In this document: in pieces, positions 17,625 through 27,247 of the stretch | Layout of the letters: each line of letters opens with the position of its first letter | Numbering within the stretch: position 1 is the stretch's first letter | Origin: Parachlamydiales bacterium | Lineage (GTDB): Bacteria > Chlamydiota > Chlamydiia > Chlamydiales > SM23-39 | Reading direction: 5' to 3' | Assembly (NCBI GenBank): GCA_050302075.1 | Contig: JBNLAH010000003.1 | Span: 32,001 to 96,000, forward strand | DNA length: 64,000 nt | Notes under the pieces: generated by a model | Told to the model about the DNA's origin: nothing | The model's database searches: none | What the model saw: the letters and a program-made list of their open reading frames with translations, nothing else | Program-made: the position numbers and the translations under genes

Positions 17625-18395
17625 CTAAACTTCAAAGCCCATTTCTGAATGTGCCTTGTCAAAAATGGACAGAATTGAAGACTTGCCATTCTCATCTTCT
17701 ATAGAACGAGCTATTTCACTAACTGCTTGCAAAGTACCTAAAGCCATAGCAAGTTCATCTATTTTATGATAGCCATAGGCTACTTGGATAAGCATTAAGC
17801 AATTATCTGTCTTATCATTTATAAGAACAGCATTGGCATTTTCTTCTATAAAAGCATTTAAGGCGCTTTCGAATTCCTCAAGCTCTATGTACTCTAATGC
17901 AATAGCATGTAAAGCTTTGCAGATTTCTTTTTTATCACTCAAAGTTGCAATTAAATTCTCTCTAACTTTTAAACCCTCTATTTGCTGCTGCTTTGAAAAT
18001 CTAGGTGTCAAAATTTGATTTTCATCTCTCGGTAAATCGCTCTCTGAATCTGATTCAGATAAATCCTCTAAAGAGAAACCTAAAGTACCTAAATCGAAGC
18101 TACCACTTGAAGGGACCTCCATATCTTCTAAAACTTGGTTATCTATTTCAACTTCTAAATAGTCATCTTGAAATTCCTCTTTTTCAATTAGCTCAAAGTC
18201 TTCTTGAGATGGTATCAGGTAGCTTATAATATGATTTTGCAAATCTCTATTATGATCTCCTAAATACTCTCCAATAAGACTAATGATATTGTTTGCATCT
18301 TCTGTAAAAGAAGTAAAACTATCGGGAGAATAATTAACATCTGAAGTAGATATTGAACTTATATTACCTTTAGAAAAAGACACTAAACTTGTCAT
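17625..18395 (-). CDS. Hypothetical acidic protein with C-terminal TPR-like helical repeats
   Basis: Ser-rich N-terminus, acidic middle, helical pairs ALHAIALEYIELEEFESAL and MLIQVAYGYHKIDELAMAL. Confidence 0.65.
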   Translation of the reverse strand: MTSLVSFSKGNISSISTSDVNYSPDSFTSFTEDANNIISLIGEYLGDHNRDLQNHIISYLIPSQEDFELIEKEEFQDDYLEVEIDNQVLEDMEVPSSGSFDLGTLGFSLEDLSESDSESDLPRDENQILTPRFSKQQQIEGLKVRENLIATLSDKKEICKALHAIALEYIELEEFESALNAFIEENANAVLINDKTDNCLMLIQVAYGYHKIDELAMALGTLQAVSEIARSIEDENGKSSILSIFDKAHSEMGFEV

Positions 18396-18548
18396 AAAAT
18401 ATTACCTATTATTATTTTTTTTGGAGCAAGATATATGGCTTAAAGATTGATCACAACAGAAATCAAAAGTTACGAAAAATATTTCATTGTCTTTTATTTT
18501 AGTGAAAATTAGAGTTTACACCTCAACCTATTAAAAGGAGCTTTTATT

Positions 18549-18848
18549 ATGAATCCATTACCCTCTTCGTATTCATTTCCTAGCGAGCACCAACTTTTTG
18601 ACTGTATAGCAAGCCATCCCGTGTTAGGAGATACTTCCTCTTACTTTACGAAAAGAAAAGTTACCCAGGCAGTAGTTAAGGCTTTTGCTGATAAAAAAGA
18701 CATGTCCTCTTCTGAAATTGAGCCAAGAACTACCGCCGCCATTCGTGAATCAACATTTGTAAGAGGAAATCCTAATATATCAATTAGCTTATTGGCAGTT
18801 ATGCAAATGAGTTTTGCTCAAGCTATAAAAGATTGCGCTAATAAATAA
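18549..18848 (+). CDS. Small hypothetical protein, paralog of 17254-17532
   Basis: AAGGAG RBS, shared motifs with the 92-aa ORF, terminator downstream. Confidence 0.75.
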   Translation: MNPLPSSYSFPSEHQLFDCIASHPVLGDTSSYFTKRKVTQAVVKAFADKKDMSSSEIEPRTTAAIRESTFVRGNPNISISLLAVMQMSFAQAIKDCANK

Positions 18849-18875
18849 CTGAAAAGCAGCTCTTTTAATAAACTC

Positions 18876-18915
18876 TGAAAAAACCTTAAGCAACATTAGG
18901 CTTAAGGTTTTTTCA
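18876..18915. terminator. Bidirectional intrinsic terminator
   Basis: TGAAAAAACCTTAAGC-loop-GCTTAAGGTTTTTTCA inverted repeat between convergent genes. Confidence 0.85.
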
Positions 18916-18949
18916 TTTATTTGCAGAGTTTATTGTCTGACAGTACTTA

Positions 18950-19507
18950 TTAATCATCATCTTTAGGTCCCCAAATTTCAGCTATTATCGCAAGCGCTAT
19001 AGCACAGCATACTAACCCTGAAATTTTTAAAACTGGATTGTGATCAAGGTTACAGCATTCACAAATTGTATTATCATTACCACGCCTTTCTAAATTAACA
19101 GGGCGTCTTCTCATTTGATGACTTAAATTAGGATGTCTTTGCAAAGAAGAGCTTTCAGATTGTCCTGGATAACATTTTAGTGCGTTAAAAGCTACTTCCG
19201 AAATTTTTATTTGTTTTGGGTTAGATCCAGAAACTTCAGAAATCCCTTTAAAATTACGGTCTACTATAATTTTATCAGATCTATTAACTAATCGAACAAG
19301 AAAATTAATCCCATCAAGACTTGGATTTTCATTTAGAACTTTTATAGTTTGTTTCTCTCTATCACTAAAATCTGCAGAGTTATTTTCTATAAAACTTGCT
19401 AGCTGACTTATTACCTGATGTGCGACTTCTATCTTATATTGGGGATTTTCAAGTTCTTCTTGAATATCTATTGCAACATGACCTAACTGAGATGGCTGTA
19501 CAGACAT
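18950..19507 (-). CDS. Hypothetical protein with one C-terminal transmembrane helix and Cys pairs
   Basis: AGGAG RBS; C-terminus ICECCN...ISGLVCCAIALAIIAEIWGPKDDD. Confidence 0.7.
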   Translation of the reverse strand: MSVQPSQLGHVAIDIQEELENPQYKIEVAHQVISQLASFIENNSADFSDREKQTIKVLNENPSLDGINFLVRLVNRSDKIIVDRNFKGISEVSGSNPKQIKISEVAFNALKCYPGQSESSSLQRHPNLSHQMRRRPVNLERRGNDNTICECCNLDHNPVLKISGLVCCAIALAIIAEIWGPKDDD

Positions 19508-19623
19508 TTTTACTCCTAGTTTTAAAATTAATGAGTTGAATATGCTGCTGAGACTGCGTCTATTTTTTCAAGTTTTATTTAGAAGCTTAGATGTTCTTTC
19601 TAAAGGTAATTTCCATTACTTCT

Positions 19624-20616
19624 TTAAAATTCTTTAAAACTTTTTATCCAATTTATTGCCTCTTTTAAAATCTTTTCGTCATTTTTTGAGGAGACATATA
19701 AATCTGGATTGATTATTTCTGAACAAATTTTTTTATCCCAAGACGCAATTCGAGATGATGTGACAAAAAGAAGAGTCCCGTCATTAAGTTCAAACATTTT
19801 AGTACTATTAGCAAAACCAGCGGAATACTCCCCAAAGACCTTAGAAAATCTGCTTCTTAAAGCTATCGCTATGATTTCTCCTGAACTTGCTGTTGATCTA
19901 CCTATAAGGATTGCAATAATAGGCTTATTACGTTTTACCTCATAATAATTTTTATCAGGCATTGAAAGTTGAACACTGCTACCCTGTTTCACAGTCCCAT
20001 TTTCATAGGAAAACGGAATATATTTATTTTCTGAGTCAGTAAAATATCCCAATACTTTGTTTCCAGTAATTGCACCCAGCCCCAGCAACATCGGCCATAA
20101 ATTACCGCCCTTATTATTTCTTAAGTCAATAATCCAGCTATTCACATCTGTGCTGTCAATTTTCTTGATAATGTTCTGAAGATTTTGAGCATACTCTTGG
20201 TTTAATGATATATCCAAGCTTGGACACGAGGGCATGCTTATGTAACCGATTCCCTCTTCTATTAGCTTCCCTCTAATTTCATCATTTAGCAGGGAATTTC
20301 TCTGACCTACTTGGTTTGGACGAAGTATAAATCCATGCTTATCGCCAACTTTATACAGTAATTGGTTTATTATTGGATAAACTTCATCAAAGGATTGACA
20401 TAAGCTTGCCTTACCAAAAAATTCTTTCTCTATTTTCTTCCAATCAACTTGATCCTTGTAAACTGAATGCTTTTTTACAATAGAGATAACTTCATGTATA
20501 TAAGCATGCACTTTATGCCTATCAAAAATTCTTAATGAAGAAATCCAAGATAATATCCCAACTACTGATAAAGCTATCATGAAAAATAAAACATAATAGG
20601 CTTTTAAAAATTTCAT
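19624..20616 (-). CDS. Membrane-anchored S41-family serine peptidase, nisin resistance protein (NSR)-like architecture
   Basis: N-terminal TM helix, helical region, DKHG, IGYI, IIDLRNNKGGN, catalytic TASSGE motif, FGEYSAG, INPD; 330 aa with no evident PDZ domain. Confidence 0.85.
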   Translation of the reverse strand: MKFLKAYYVLFFMIALSVVGILSWISSLRIFDRHKVHAYIHEVISIVKKHSVYKDQVDWKKIEKEFFGKASLCQSFDEVYPIINQLLYKVGDKHGFILRPNQVGQRNSLLNDEIRGKLIEEGIGYISMPSCPSLDISLNQEYAQNLQNIIKKIDSTDVNSWIIDLRNNKGGNLWPMLLGLGAITGNKVLGYFTDSENKYIPFSYENGTVKQGSSVQLSMPDKNYYEVKRNKPIIAILIGRSTASSGEIIAIALRSRFSKVFGEYSAGFANSTKMFELNDGTLLFVTSSRIASWDKKICSEIINPDLYVSSKNDEKILKEAINWIKSFKEF

Positions 20617-20726
20617 AAGGTTTTACATATATTATAAATCAAAAGGTAAACATCACTAGTTGGGAATTATCTTAATTTAAATAACTTAGTTTTAATGATT
20701 AAAAAGACTTCCAATTAAAAACTATG

Positions 20727-20909
20727 TCATCGAGGGCAACGACCACTACATTCACAACTACAACCACTAGCTGTAACAATTTTAGTAGGCCCCATATCCA
20801 TTGCTTTGATCTTAATCTCTTGAATACGTAAATCAAGATCAAAAAAATCTTCATCCTTATTGAGTTCACTAATATATTCATTTTTAATAGCTATACCACG
20901 AATATCCAT
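20727..20909 (-). CDS. Putative class I (FDLD/FxLD-leader) lanthipeptide precursor
   Basis: ATG at 20909 with GGGAG RBS 7 nt upstream gives 60 aa: acidic leader containing FFDLDLRI and core TKIVTASGCSCECSGRCPR (4 Cys, 5 Ser/Thr). Confidence 0.65.
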   Translation of the reverse strand: MDIRGIAIKNEYISELNKDEDFFDLDLRIQEIKIKAMDMGPTKIVTASGCSCECSGRCPR

Positions 20910-21207
20910 AATATTACTCCCTTGCAAATATTAAATTTTTTACCAAACAAGAACTAACGTGGACATGATTTTCTTTCTCAACTTTTTACTCAAGCTTTTT
21001 ACATTAAAAAATAATATCCGCACTTAACTCTATTAAAAAAAGCTAAGCAAAACCGACTAGATGTAACTTATTTACGAATTGAAAAAATGAAACCTGATGC
21101 ACTGGATCTCAATGGAATGCCACAGATCAAGTTACAGATTTTTTAAAGTTTCTTTGAAAGAGATTAGAAATTGCTATTTGAGTTTCTTAAATTTCAGAAA
21201 AAAGAAA

Positions 21208-21280
21208 TGAGGCTTATTGGGCTCGAACCAATGACCCTCTCCTTAAAAGGGAGATGCTCTACCAACTGAGCTAAAGCCTC
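21208..21280 (-). tRNA. tRNA-Lys (TTT)
   Basis: GAGGCTTTAGCTCAGTTGGTAGAGCA...CTTTTAA...GGTTCGAGCCC...AAGCCTCA cloverleaf; no encoded CCA. Confidence 0.95.
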
Positions 21281-21288
21281 GCTTAAAC

Positions 21289-21363
21289 TGACCCCAAGGG
21301 GATTCGAACCCCTGTTGCCGGAATGAAAATCCGGTGTCCTAGGCCGGGCTAGACGATGGGGCC
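21289..21363 (-). tRNA. tRNA-Glu (TTC)
   Basis: GGCCCCATCGTCTAGCCCGGCCTAGGAC...TTTTCAT...GGTTCGAATCCCCTTGGGGTCA cloverleaf. Confidence 0.95.
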
Positions 21364-21416
21364 TTAAGGCAAATTAGGTTTTAGATTTTACCTTGGCCAC
21401 TTAATTTGTTGCAAGT

Positions 21417-21968
21417 TTAAATCTCCATAATTTCTTTTTGCTTCTTATCACAAAGTTCATCTACTTGCTTACAAAAATGATCAGTGTGCTCTTGTATCTT
21501 TTTTTCTAAATGCTTCTGCTCATCTTCTGGCATTTCGCCACCAGATTTTTGTTCCTTTATTAATGCATTATATTTACGCCTTACTTCTCTAACAGCAATT
21601 TTTGCATCTTCACCCTTTTTTTTACACTGCTTCGCAATTTCCTTCCTCATTTTTTCGTCCATCGGTGGAATATTTATCCTAACAGAGTTTCCTTCTACAA
21701 TAGGAAGCAGGTTTAAATTAGCATTTTCAATTGCTTTGCCAATCGCTTTTGTATTATTTGCATCAAAAGGCGTAATTAACAATTGTCTAGGTTCTGGAAC
21801 AGTAATGTTTGCAATATCTTTTAAACGCATTTTAGCGCCGTAAACTTCTACAACTACAGGATCTAAAACACCCGGATTTGCACGAGATGAGCGCAAATTT
21901 CTTAGCTCAGATTTTAGGTGATCAATAGATCCTTCCATTTGCTTTTTGACTTGATTTTCAATGCTCAT
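21417..21968 (-). CDS. frr: Ribosome recycling factor
   Basis: LRSSRANPGVLD, VEVYG, PEPRQLLITPFD, AKIAVREVRR. Confidence 0.96.
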   Translation of the reverse strand: MSIENQVKKQMEGSIDHLKSELRNLRSSRANPGVLDPVVVEVYGAKMRLKDIANITVPEPRQLLITPFDANNTKAIGKAIENANLNLLPIVEGNSVRINIPPMDEKMRKEIAKQCKKKGEDAKIAVREVRRKYNALIKEQKSGGEMPEDEQKHLEKKIQEHTDHFCKQVDELCDKKQKEIMEI

Positions 21969-21980
21969 ATTATTACTCCT

Positions 21981-22013
21981 AAAAAAAAACTTTCCGGGGT
22001 TACCAGAAAGTTT
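21981..22013 (-). terminator. Intrinsic terminator-like hairpin between tsf and frr
   Basis: Minus strand AAACTTTCTGG-TAACC-CCGGAAAG followed by T9, ending directly at the frr AGGAG RBS. Confidence 0.7.
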
Positions 22014-22045
22014 AGTAAAGATTAGATTTAAAAGAAATTAATCTT

Positions 22046-22891
22046 TTAAGAAATTGACCAACGCCAAAATCTAGTAACTGATAATGACTTGCCTGTTTCT
22101 TTTGAACAAGCATCCAAATATGCTTGCACACTAACAGAAGGGTCCTTCACAAATTTTTGTGATAAAAGAGCTACTTGGTCACAGTAAGCTTTGACTTTAC
22201 CTTCAACAATCTTTTCAATTACATTAGCCGGCTTTCCTTGGACTTGTGATTTTGCAATCTCTTCTTCTCTTTTAATTATATTCTCAGGAACGTCATTTTG
22301 AGATAGATATTCAGGATCTTCAGCTGCAACATGCATTGCTATGTCTTTTGCTATCTTATCTGCTGAGTTTGAGCCTGAAACTTCAACTAAGCAAAGTATT
22401 TGACCACCCATATGAGAATAAATCCCATAAGAAGAACTTTCGATTTTACTTATAATTTCAACTCTTTTTATCTGAATGTTTTCTCCAAGTGCTTGAATAG
22501 TCACGTTTCTATATTCATCAAGAGTCAAGGTTTTATCTTTAGTATAAGTATCTTGCATTAAAGCTTCTAAACTAGCTGGATTTGTGTTTGCAGCTTGTTC
22601 TGCAACATCTTTTAAGAAAGCTTGAAATTTTTCGTTTTTTACTACAAAGTCAGTTTCAGCTCCAGCTTCAACTAATGCTAAGGTATTCGCTGTTTCGGCA
22701 CAATAAATCGCACCCTCTTTAATTTCTCTTCCTTCTTTTTTTACTGCAGAAGCCATTCCTTTTTTTCTCAAATATTCAATCGCGCGATCAATGTTACCAT
22801 CCGATTCTACCAAGGCCTCTTTACATTTTGTCATTCCTACGCCAGTTCTTTCCCTTAGCTCCTTGATCATTGCAGCTGTTAATTCACTCAT
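22046..22891 (-). CDS. tsf: Translation elongation factor Ts
   Basis: IKELRERTGVGMTKCKEAL, ETDFV, IAMHVAA; likely start MSELT at 22891. Confidence 0.97.
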   Translation of the reverse strand: MSELTAAMIKELRERTGVGMTKCKEALVESDGNIDRAIEYLRKKGMASAVKKEGREIKEGAIYCAETANTLALVEAGAETDFVVKNEKFQAFLKDVAEQAANTNPASLEALMQDTYTKDKTLTLDEYRNVTIQALGENIQIKRVEIISKIESSSYGIYSHMGGQILCLVEVSGSNSADKIAKDIAMHVAAEDPEYLSQNDVPENIIKREEEIAKSQVQGKPANVIEKIVEGKVKAYCDQVALLSQKFVKDPSVSVQAYLDACSKETGKSLSVTRFWRWSIS

Positions 22892-23705
22892 TACTCTTTC
22901 CCTCTTCTTCTGATTCTTCATTCACTTCTGGAGATTTTTCTGTTTCTCCCATTTTCTCTACTACATTAGTAGAAGATGGCTTCTCAGAAACATCCCCTTT
23001 AGAGATTGCTATATTCATTTCATTCTTCTTATTGATTATTGCTTGAGTTAAAGCATTTAGGATTAATTTAATGCTTTTTAAAGCATCATCATTACAAGCA
23101 ATAACGTAATCAATTAGATCAGGATCACAGTTAGTGTCAACTAGTCCAAGTACTGGAATATTCAATTTTCTGGCCTCTTCAACTGCTATGTGCTCTTTAC
23201 TTGGATCTACAACTATTAATAGTCCAGGAGGCTTTCGCATTGATCTGATGCCCGATAGGTTTTTCTCCAATTTAACTTGTTTTTTTGTTAACTCAGAAAG
23301 CTCTTTCTTTGTAAGCCCTTCACCACCAGCAGAAATTCTCTTCTCAATTCGCTCTAATGTCTTTACTGACTGCCTGATAGTTGTAAGGTTTGTAAGCATG
23401 CCACCAAGCCATCTCTCACATACGTAGAATTCCCCTGCTTGTTCAGCTTGATCTTTAACAACTGATTTTGCTTGCTTTTTTGTGCCAACAAATAAAATAG
23501 ACTTTCTTTTAGAAACAGCGTCTACAACAACTTTTTCAGCTTCTCTAATTTGCTGAAGAGTTTTTGCTAGGTCTATAATGTAAATTCCATTGCGCTCTTC
23601 GAAAATATATCGCTTCATTTTCGGGTTCCATCTGCGCTTTTGGTGACCAAAATGAGCACCTGATTCTAATAAATCTTTAATAGTTACTTCTTCTTTCGCG
23701 TTCAA
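22884..23705 (-). CDS. rpsB: 30S ribosomal protein S2
   Basis: LLESGAHFGHQKRRWNPKM, ERWLGGMLTN, VDTNCDPD; TTG start. Confidence 0.97.
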   Translation of the reverse strand: MNAKEEVTIKDLLESGAHFGHQKRRWNPKMKRYIFEERNGIYIIDLAKTLQQIREAEKVVVDAVSKRKSILFVGTKKQAKSVVKDQAEQAGEFYVCERWLGGMLTNLTTIRQSVKTLERIEKRISAGGEGLTKKELSELTKKQVKLEKNLSGIRSMRKPPGLLIVVDPSKEHIAVEEARKLNIPVLGLVDTNCDPDLIDYVIACNDDALKSIKLILNALTQAIINKKNEMNIAISKGDVSEKPSSTNVVEKMGETEKSPEVNEESEEEGKSNE

Positions 23706-23737
23706 AGTTGTCTATCCTCTATTTTAATTAGTTCGTT

Positions 23738-23808
23738 AGCGCCTGATCAGAATCGAACTGACACAAGTAGCTTGGAAGGCTACTGTTCTACCATTGAACT
23801 ACAGGCGC
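23738..23808 (-). tRNA. tRNA-Gly (TCC)
   Basis: GCGCCTGTAGTTCAATGGTAGAAC...CTTCCAA...GTTCGATTC...CAGGCGCT cloverleaf. Confidence 0.95.
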
Positions 23809-23947
23809 ATGATTTTATCCAAAACCATCAAAAAACCGAAACAACATTTTTACCCTAATAACTATTTTTTTCCAAGGAAAAATATGTTCGACAAACTGCA
23901 TAATAATTCATTAAATTATTTTTATAGGAAATATTAACTCTTTTATT

Positions 23948-26900
23948 ATGGGCAACAAGGATTTTTTTTCAAAATCTTCGAAAATTCTTCGAATTATATT
24001 TATTTTTTTATTTTTACTAGTCTTTAGGGTCTGGCACCTTTGTGTTATCCAAAAAGACACAAAAAAAATGGAAGCTAAAGCCCCTCAAAGACGAATTCTA
24101 TTAGAAAAAGCACAAAGGGGAACAATAAGAGACCGCTTTGATTTACCCCTTGCAATGAACCGTATTAGGTTTAACGCGGCAATTTATTATGAACAAATAC
24201 TTCAAATCCCTAGAGTAAAGTGGATAGACAAGAATGGTCAAAAGATAAAAACTTTCCCAAGAAAAGATTATATTGATCGGCTAGCTGCCTTTTTATCACA
24301 AGAACTTAGTCTTTCTAAACAAGAACTTGAAGATCAGATTTATGCAAAAGCGACCCTTTTTCCCCATATACCATTTGTACTAAAAGAAAATATTCCAGAA
24401 AAGACTTACTATAAATTGAAATTTTTAGAAAGAAACTGGCCTGGGCTATATGCTGAGATATCATCTACTAGATATTACCCAAAAAATGAAATAGGCTCTT
24501 CAATTATAGGAACCATGGGGGCAATTAATGAAGAAGAGTTTATTTCGAATGCAGAAGAAATAAAAATTTTAGAAAAATACTTAGAAAAGCAGTTTGATTT
24601 AGAGCATGAAGTTCCACCTTTTGGCTATCAAAGCAAACAAGAAGTCCTATCGAGACTAAAAGAACTTAAAGAAAAAGCTTACTCTGTAAATGATCTGGTC
24701 GGTAAGTATGGGATCGAAAAAAAATTTGAACAGCAACTACGCGGCTCTGTCGGCAAAAAACTTTTTGAAGTTGATGTACGAGGATCATTCGTTAAAGAAT
24801 TACCTATACATACCAAGCCAATACCCGGCAATAACATCAAATTGACCATCTCAGCCGAGCTACAGGAATATGCAGAAAAGCTCTTAGCAATAAGAGAAAA
24901 AACAATGGCAGACCTAGGTTCGGATAAATTACCTTGGAGTATTGGTGGAGCCATAGTTGCTGTTGACCCCAACAATGGAGAAGTCTTAGCTCTTGCCAGT
25001 TATCCAAACTACAACCCAAATGATTTCATCCCATCTTCCAACCCACAAGAAAAAACTGAAAAACAAGCGAGGATACTAAAGTGGCTTGAAACGAAAGAAC
25101 ATATCGGTCAAATCTGGGATGGAAAAAAAGATTTAACGAAAAAAGTTTATGATCCAGATAAAAAAAAATACAGTGAACTTACAAAAAAAATTAATTGGGA
25201 CTCTTTTATTACAAGTTTAATATCTGAAAATAATGAAGTTTTCAAAGCTATTAAAAATATAGATACCCTAAAAGCTGCTATCAGTGTTCAAGAGGACGTT
25301 GAGACAATTTTATATTTTACAAAAGCTACAGATGTAGAGCTTCTTTTCGATGTCATATTTCCCAATGATATATCATCAGCCCCCAAAGCTTCACTTGCTG
25401 AAAAAGAACTATTGGCAGAAAAATTAAAAGCTATTTTTAGTTATGTTGACTTCCCCTTAAGACGTCTAAAAGAAATATTCAGAGGAGTTGTACATAATAA
25501 AGACAAATTATTAATTGTTGATATTTTTCGAATTGCTGTTTTTAGTGCTTCTTTTTCAGACGGATTGATTTCTGCTATCAGCGATTTAAATATTGGTGAC
25601 TATTTTGAATATAGTAGACACCTCTTGCATTTTGAAAAACTGATCAAAGACGAGACAAAAAAGATATTCGATGAAACCTACTTTCAAATATGGAGAGATT
25701 ACAATTTAACTGATTATCTGAAAGAAAAAAGAAAAGAGGAAAAGAAAAAAAATACCTATGCAAGACCATATACCGATTATATAGATCAAAAAAAACATGA
25801 GTTATTCAAAGCCTTTTGGGAAGAACATAAAGTTGCATTTCAACTTCTAACAATTTTAGGAATAGATGAACTGGGAGATGAGCACTTTAAGATTTTTAAA
25901 AAATGGCACGAACAGCTAAAAGAAAGCTGCTTTCCAATAAAAAAAACACAAGAGTCATTCCAATCACTATTCCCATTCTTTAGCCAAATAGATAAAGAAC
26001 TAGTCAAAGACTTTATAAAAACTGTCCGATGTTTCAATGACCTGAATCGTCCATTATATGGGAAATACAGAAAAGTAACAAAAAATGAACCGAAAGAAAT
26101 GGATTTGGCAATGCTAGCATACCCTCATGAAGGATTTGGATACATGCTCTCTTATGCATATCAATGCCCTCTACCTTTAGGTTCTATTTTCAAGGTTTTA
26201 ACAGCTTATGAGGCTCTAAGGCAAAACGATGACAAGGTGAGCCATTTTTCCATGATAGATAAAGTGGAAGGATCTAAGGGTAATTTTATCGTTGGATATA
26301 ACTTAAACAACAAACCCTATAAAAGAATCTACAAAAAAGGAAGGCTGCCCAAAAGCACGCACTTAAATATTGGCAAAATAGACTTTTTTTCCGCAATGGA
26401 GCAATCTAGCAATCCTTATTTTTCAATTTTAGCATCTGATTACATAGCGTCTCCAGAAGACTTGAACTCTGCCGCTTCTAATTTCGGTTTTGGAGAAAAG
26501 ACTAAAATTGACTTAGTTGGTGAATATAGAGGAAGCCTCCCTGACGATTTGTCACATAATCGCACAGGTCTTTATTCTTACGCAATAGGACACCACACCC
26601 TTACTGTAACTCCATTGCAGACCGCTTTATTTTTATCGGCAATAGCCAATGAAGGAAAGCTCTATAAACCTAAAATTGTAAGTCAAATATTGGGATCATA
26701 CCAAGATTTAGCCGAAAAAGAGGTCTTTTTATACCAAAAGAGTTTGCAGAAACTAGGGATTCATGTTCCTGTTTTTTCTGTTAATGATTCTGATAAATTT
26801 ACTATGGTTCAAGAAATTGCATCTAAAGTATCCAAAAAAATTTTTATGACAAAAAATTTAAAGGATAAGCTTCTAAAGTCAATGGCTGCAGTCATACACG

Positions 26901-27247
26901 GAAACAAAGGAACTGCAAGAGCCTCAAGAATCAAGGCATTAAAAAACGATTTAGAGTTGAGTGAACTTTATAAGCAGATTTCTAAAAAAATGGTGGGAAA
27001 GACCTCTACAGCAGAAATTTTCTATGTTCCGCATATTGCAGCATCTGAAAAAATAAAATTATCCAAGCACGTGTGCTTTGCTGCTATTAGCTTTAAAGAA
27101 TCAGTTTTAAACTCAAAATTCAAAAACCCCGACCTGGTTGTTATCGTGTATCTTCCATTTGGAAAATCTGGGAAAGAAGCCGCCCCACTCGCAGCTCAAG
27201 TTATTGCTAAGTGGGATGAAATACGTTCAAGATCCGGAAGATATTGA
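23948..27247 (+). CDS. mrdA: Penicillin-binding protein 2 (class B transpeptidase, long chlamydial type)
   Basis: N-terminal [33 protein letters not shown], SxxK (GSIFK), SSN and GKTST; large insertion characteristic of chlamydial PBP2. Confidence 0.9.
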   Translation: MGNKDFFSKSSKILRIIFIFLFLLVFRVWHLCVIQKDTKKMEAKAPQRRILLEKAQRGTIRDRFDLPLAMNRIRFNAAIYYEQILQIPRVKWIDKNGQKIKTFPRKDYIDRLAAFLSQELSLSKQELEDQIYAKATLFPHIPFVLKENIPEKTYYKLKFLERNWPGLYAEISSTRYYPKNEIGSSIIGTMGAINEEEFISNAEEIKILEKYLEKQFDLEHEVPPFGYQSKQEVLSRLKELKEKAYSVNDLVGKYGIEKKFEQQLRGSVGKKLFEVDVRGSFVKELPIHTKPIPGNNIKLTISAELQEYAEKLLAIREKTMADLGSDKLPWSIGGAIVAVDPNNGEVLALASYPNYNPNDFIPSSNPQEKTEKQARILKWLETKEHIGQIWDGKKDLTKKVYDPDKKKYSELTKKINWDSFITSLISENNEVFKAIKNIDTLKAAISVQEDVETILYFTKATDVELLFDVIFPNDISSAPKASLAEKELLAEKLKAIFSYVDFPLRRLKEIFRGVVHNKDKLLIVDIFRIAVFSASFSDGLISAISDLNIGDYFEYSRHLLHFEKLIKDETKKIFDETYFQIWRDYNLTDYLKEKRKEEKKKNTYARPYTDYIDQKKHELFKAFWEEHKVAFQLLTILGIDELGDEHFKIFKKWHEQLKESCFPIKKTQESFQSLFPFFSQIDKELVKDFIKTVRCFNDLNRPLYGKYRKVTKNEPKEMDLAMLAYPHEGFGYMLSYAYQCPLPLGSIFKVLTAYEALRQNDDKVSHFSMIDKVEGSKGNFIVGYNLNNKPYKRIYKKGRLPKSTHLNIGKIDFFSAMEQSSNPYFSILASDYIASPEDLNSAASNFGFGEKTKIDLVGEYRGSLPDDLSHNRTGLYSYAIGHHTLTVTPLQTALFLSAIANEGKLYKPKIVSQILGSYQDLAEKEVFLYQKSLQKLGIHVPVFSVNDSDKFTMVQEIASKVSKKIFMTKNLKDKLLKSMAAVIHGNKGTARASRIKALKNDLELSELYKQISKKMVGKTSTAEIFYVPHIAASEKIKLSKHVCFAAISFKESVLNSKFKNPDLVVIVYLPFGKSGKEAAPLAAQVIAKWDEIRSRSGRY

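Noticed and set aside
20699..20881. 60-aa alternative-frame ORF with poly-Val overlapping the FDLD peptide
   Set aside because: Shadow frame of the Cys/Ser codons; the RBS and recognisable motif belong to the 20727-20909 frame.
20930..21207. Possible gene remnant (e.g. a lost modification enzyme) between the peptide gene and tRNA-Lys
   Set aside because: Only short open stretches (~30 codons) with no recognisable motif.
16321..21280. Integrative element or prophage inserted at tRNA-Lys
   Set aside because: No integrase, transposase or phage gene, and I found no duplicated tRNA 3' end. The region is accessory but not demonstrably mobile.
23948..27247. Unusually long (1099 aa) class B PBP
   Set aside because: The large insertion is the known norm for chlamydial PBP2.
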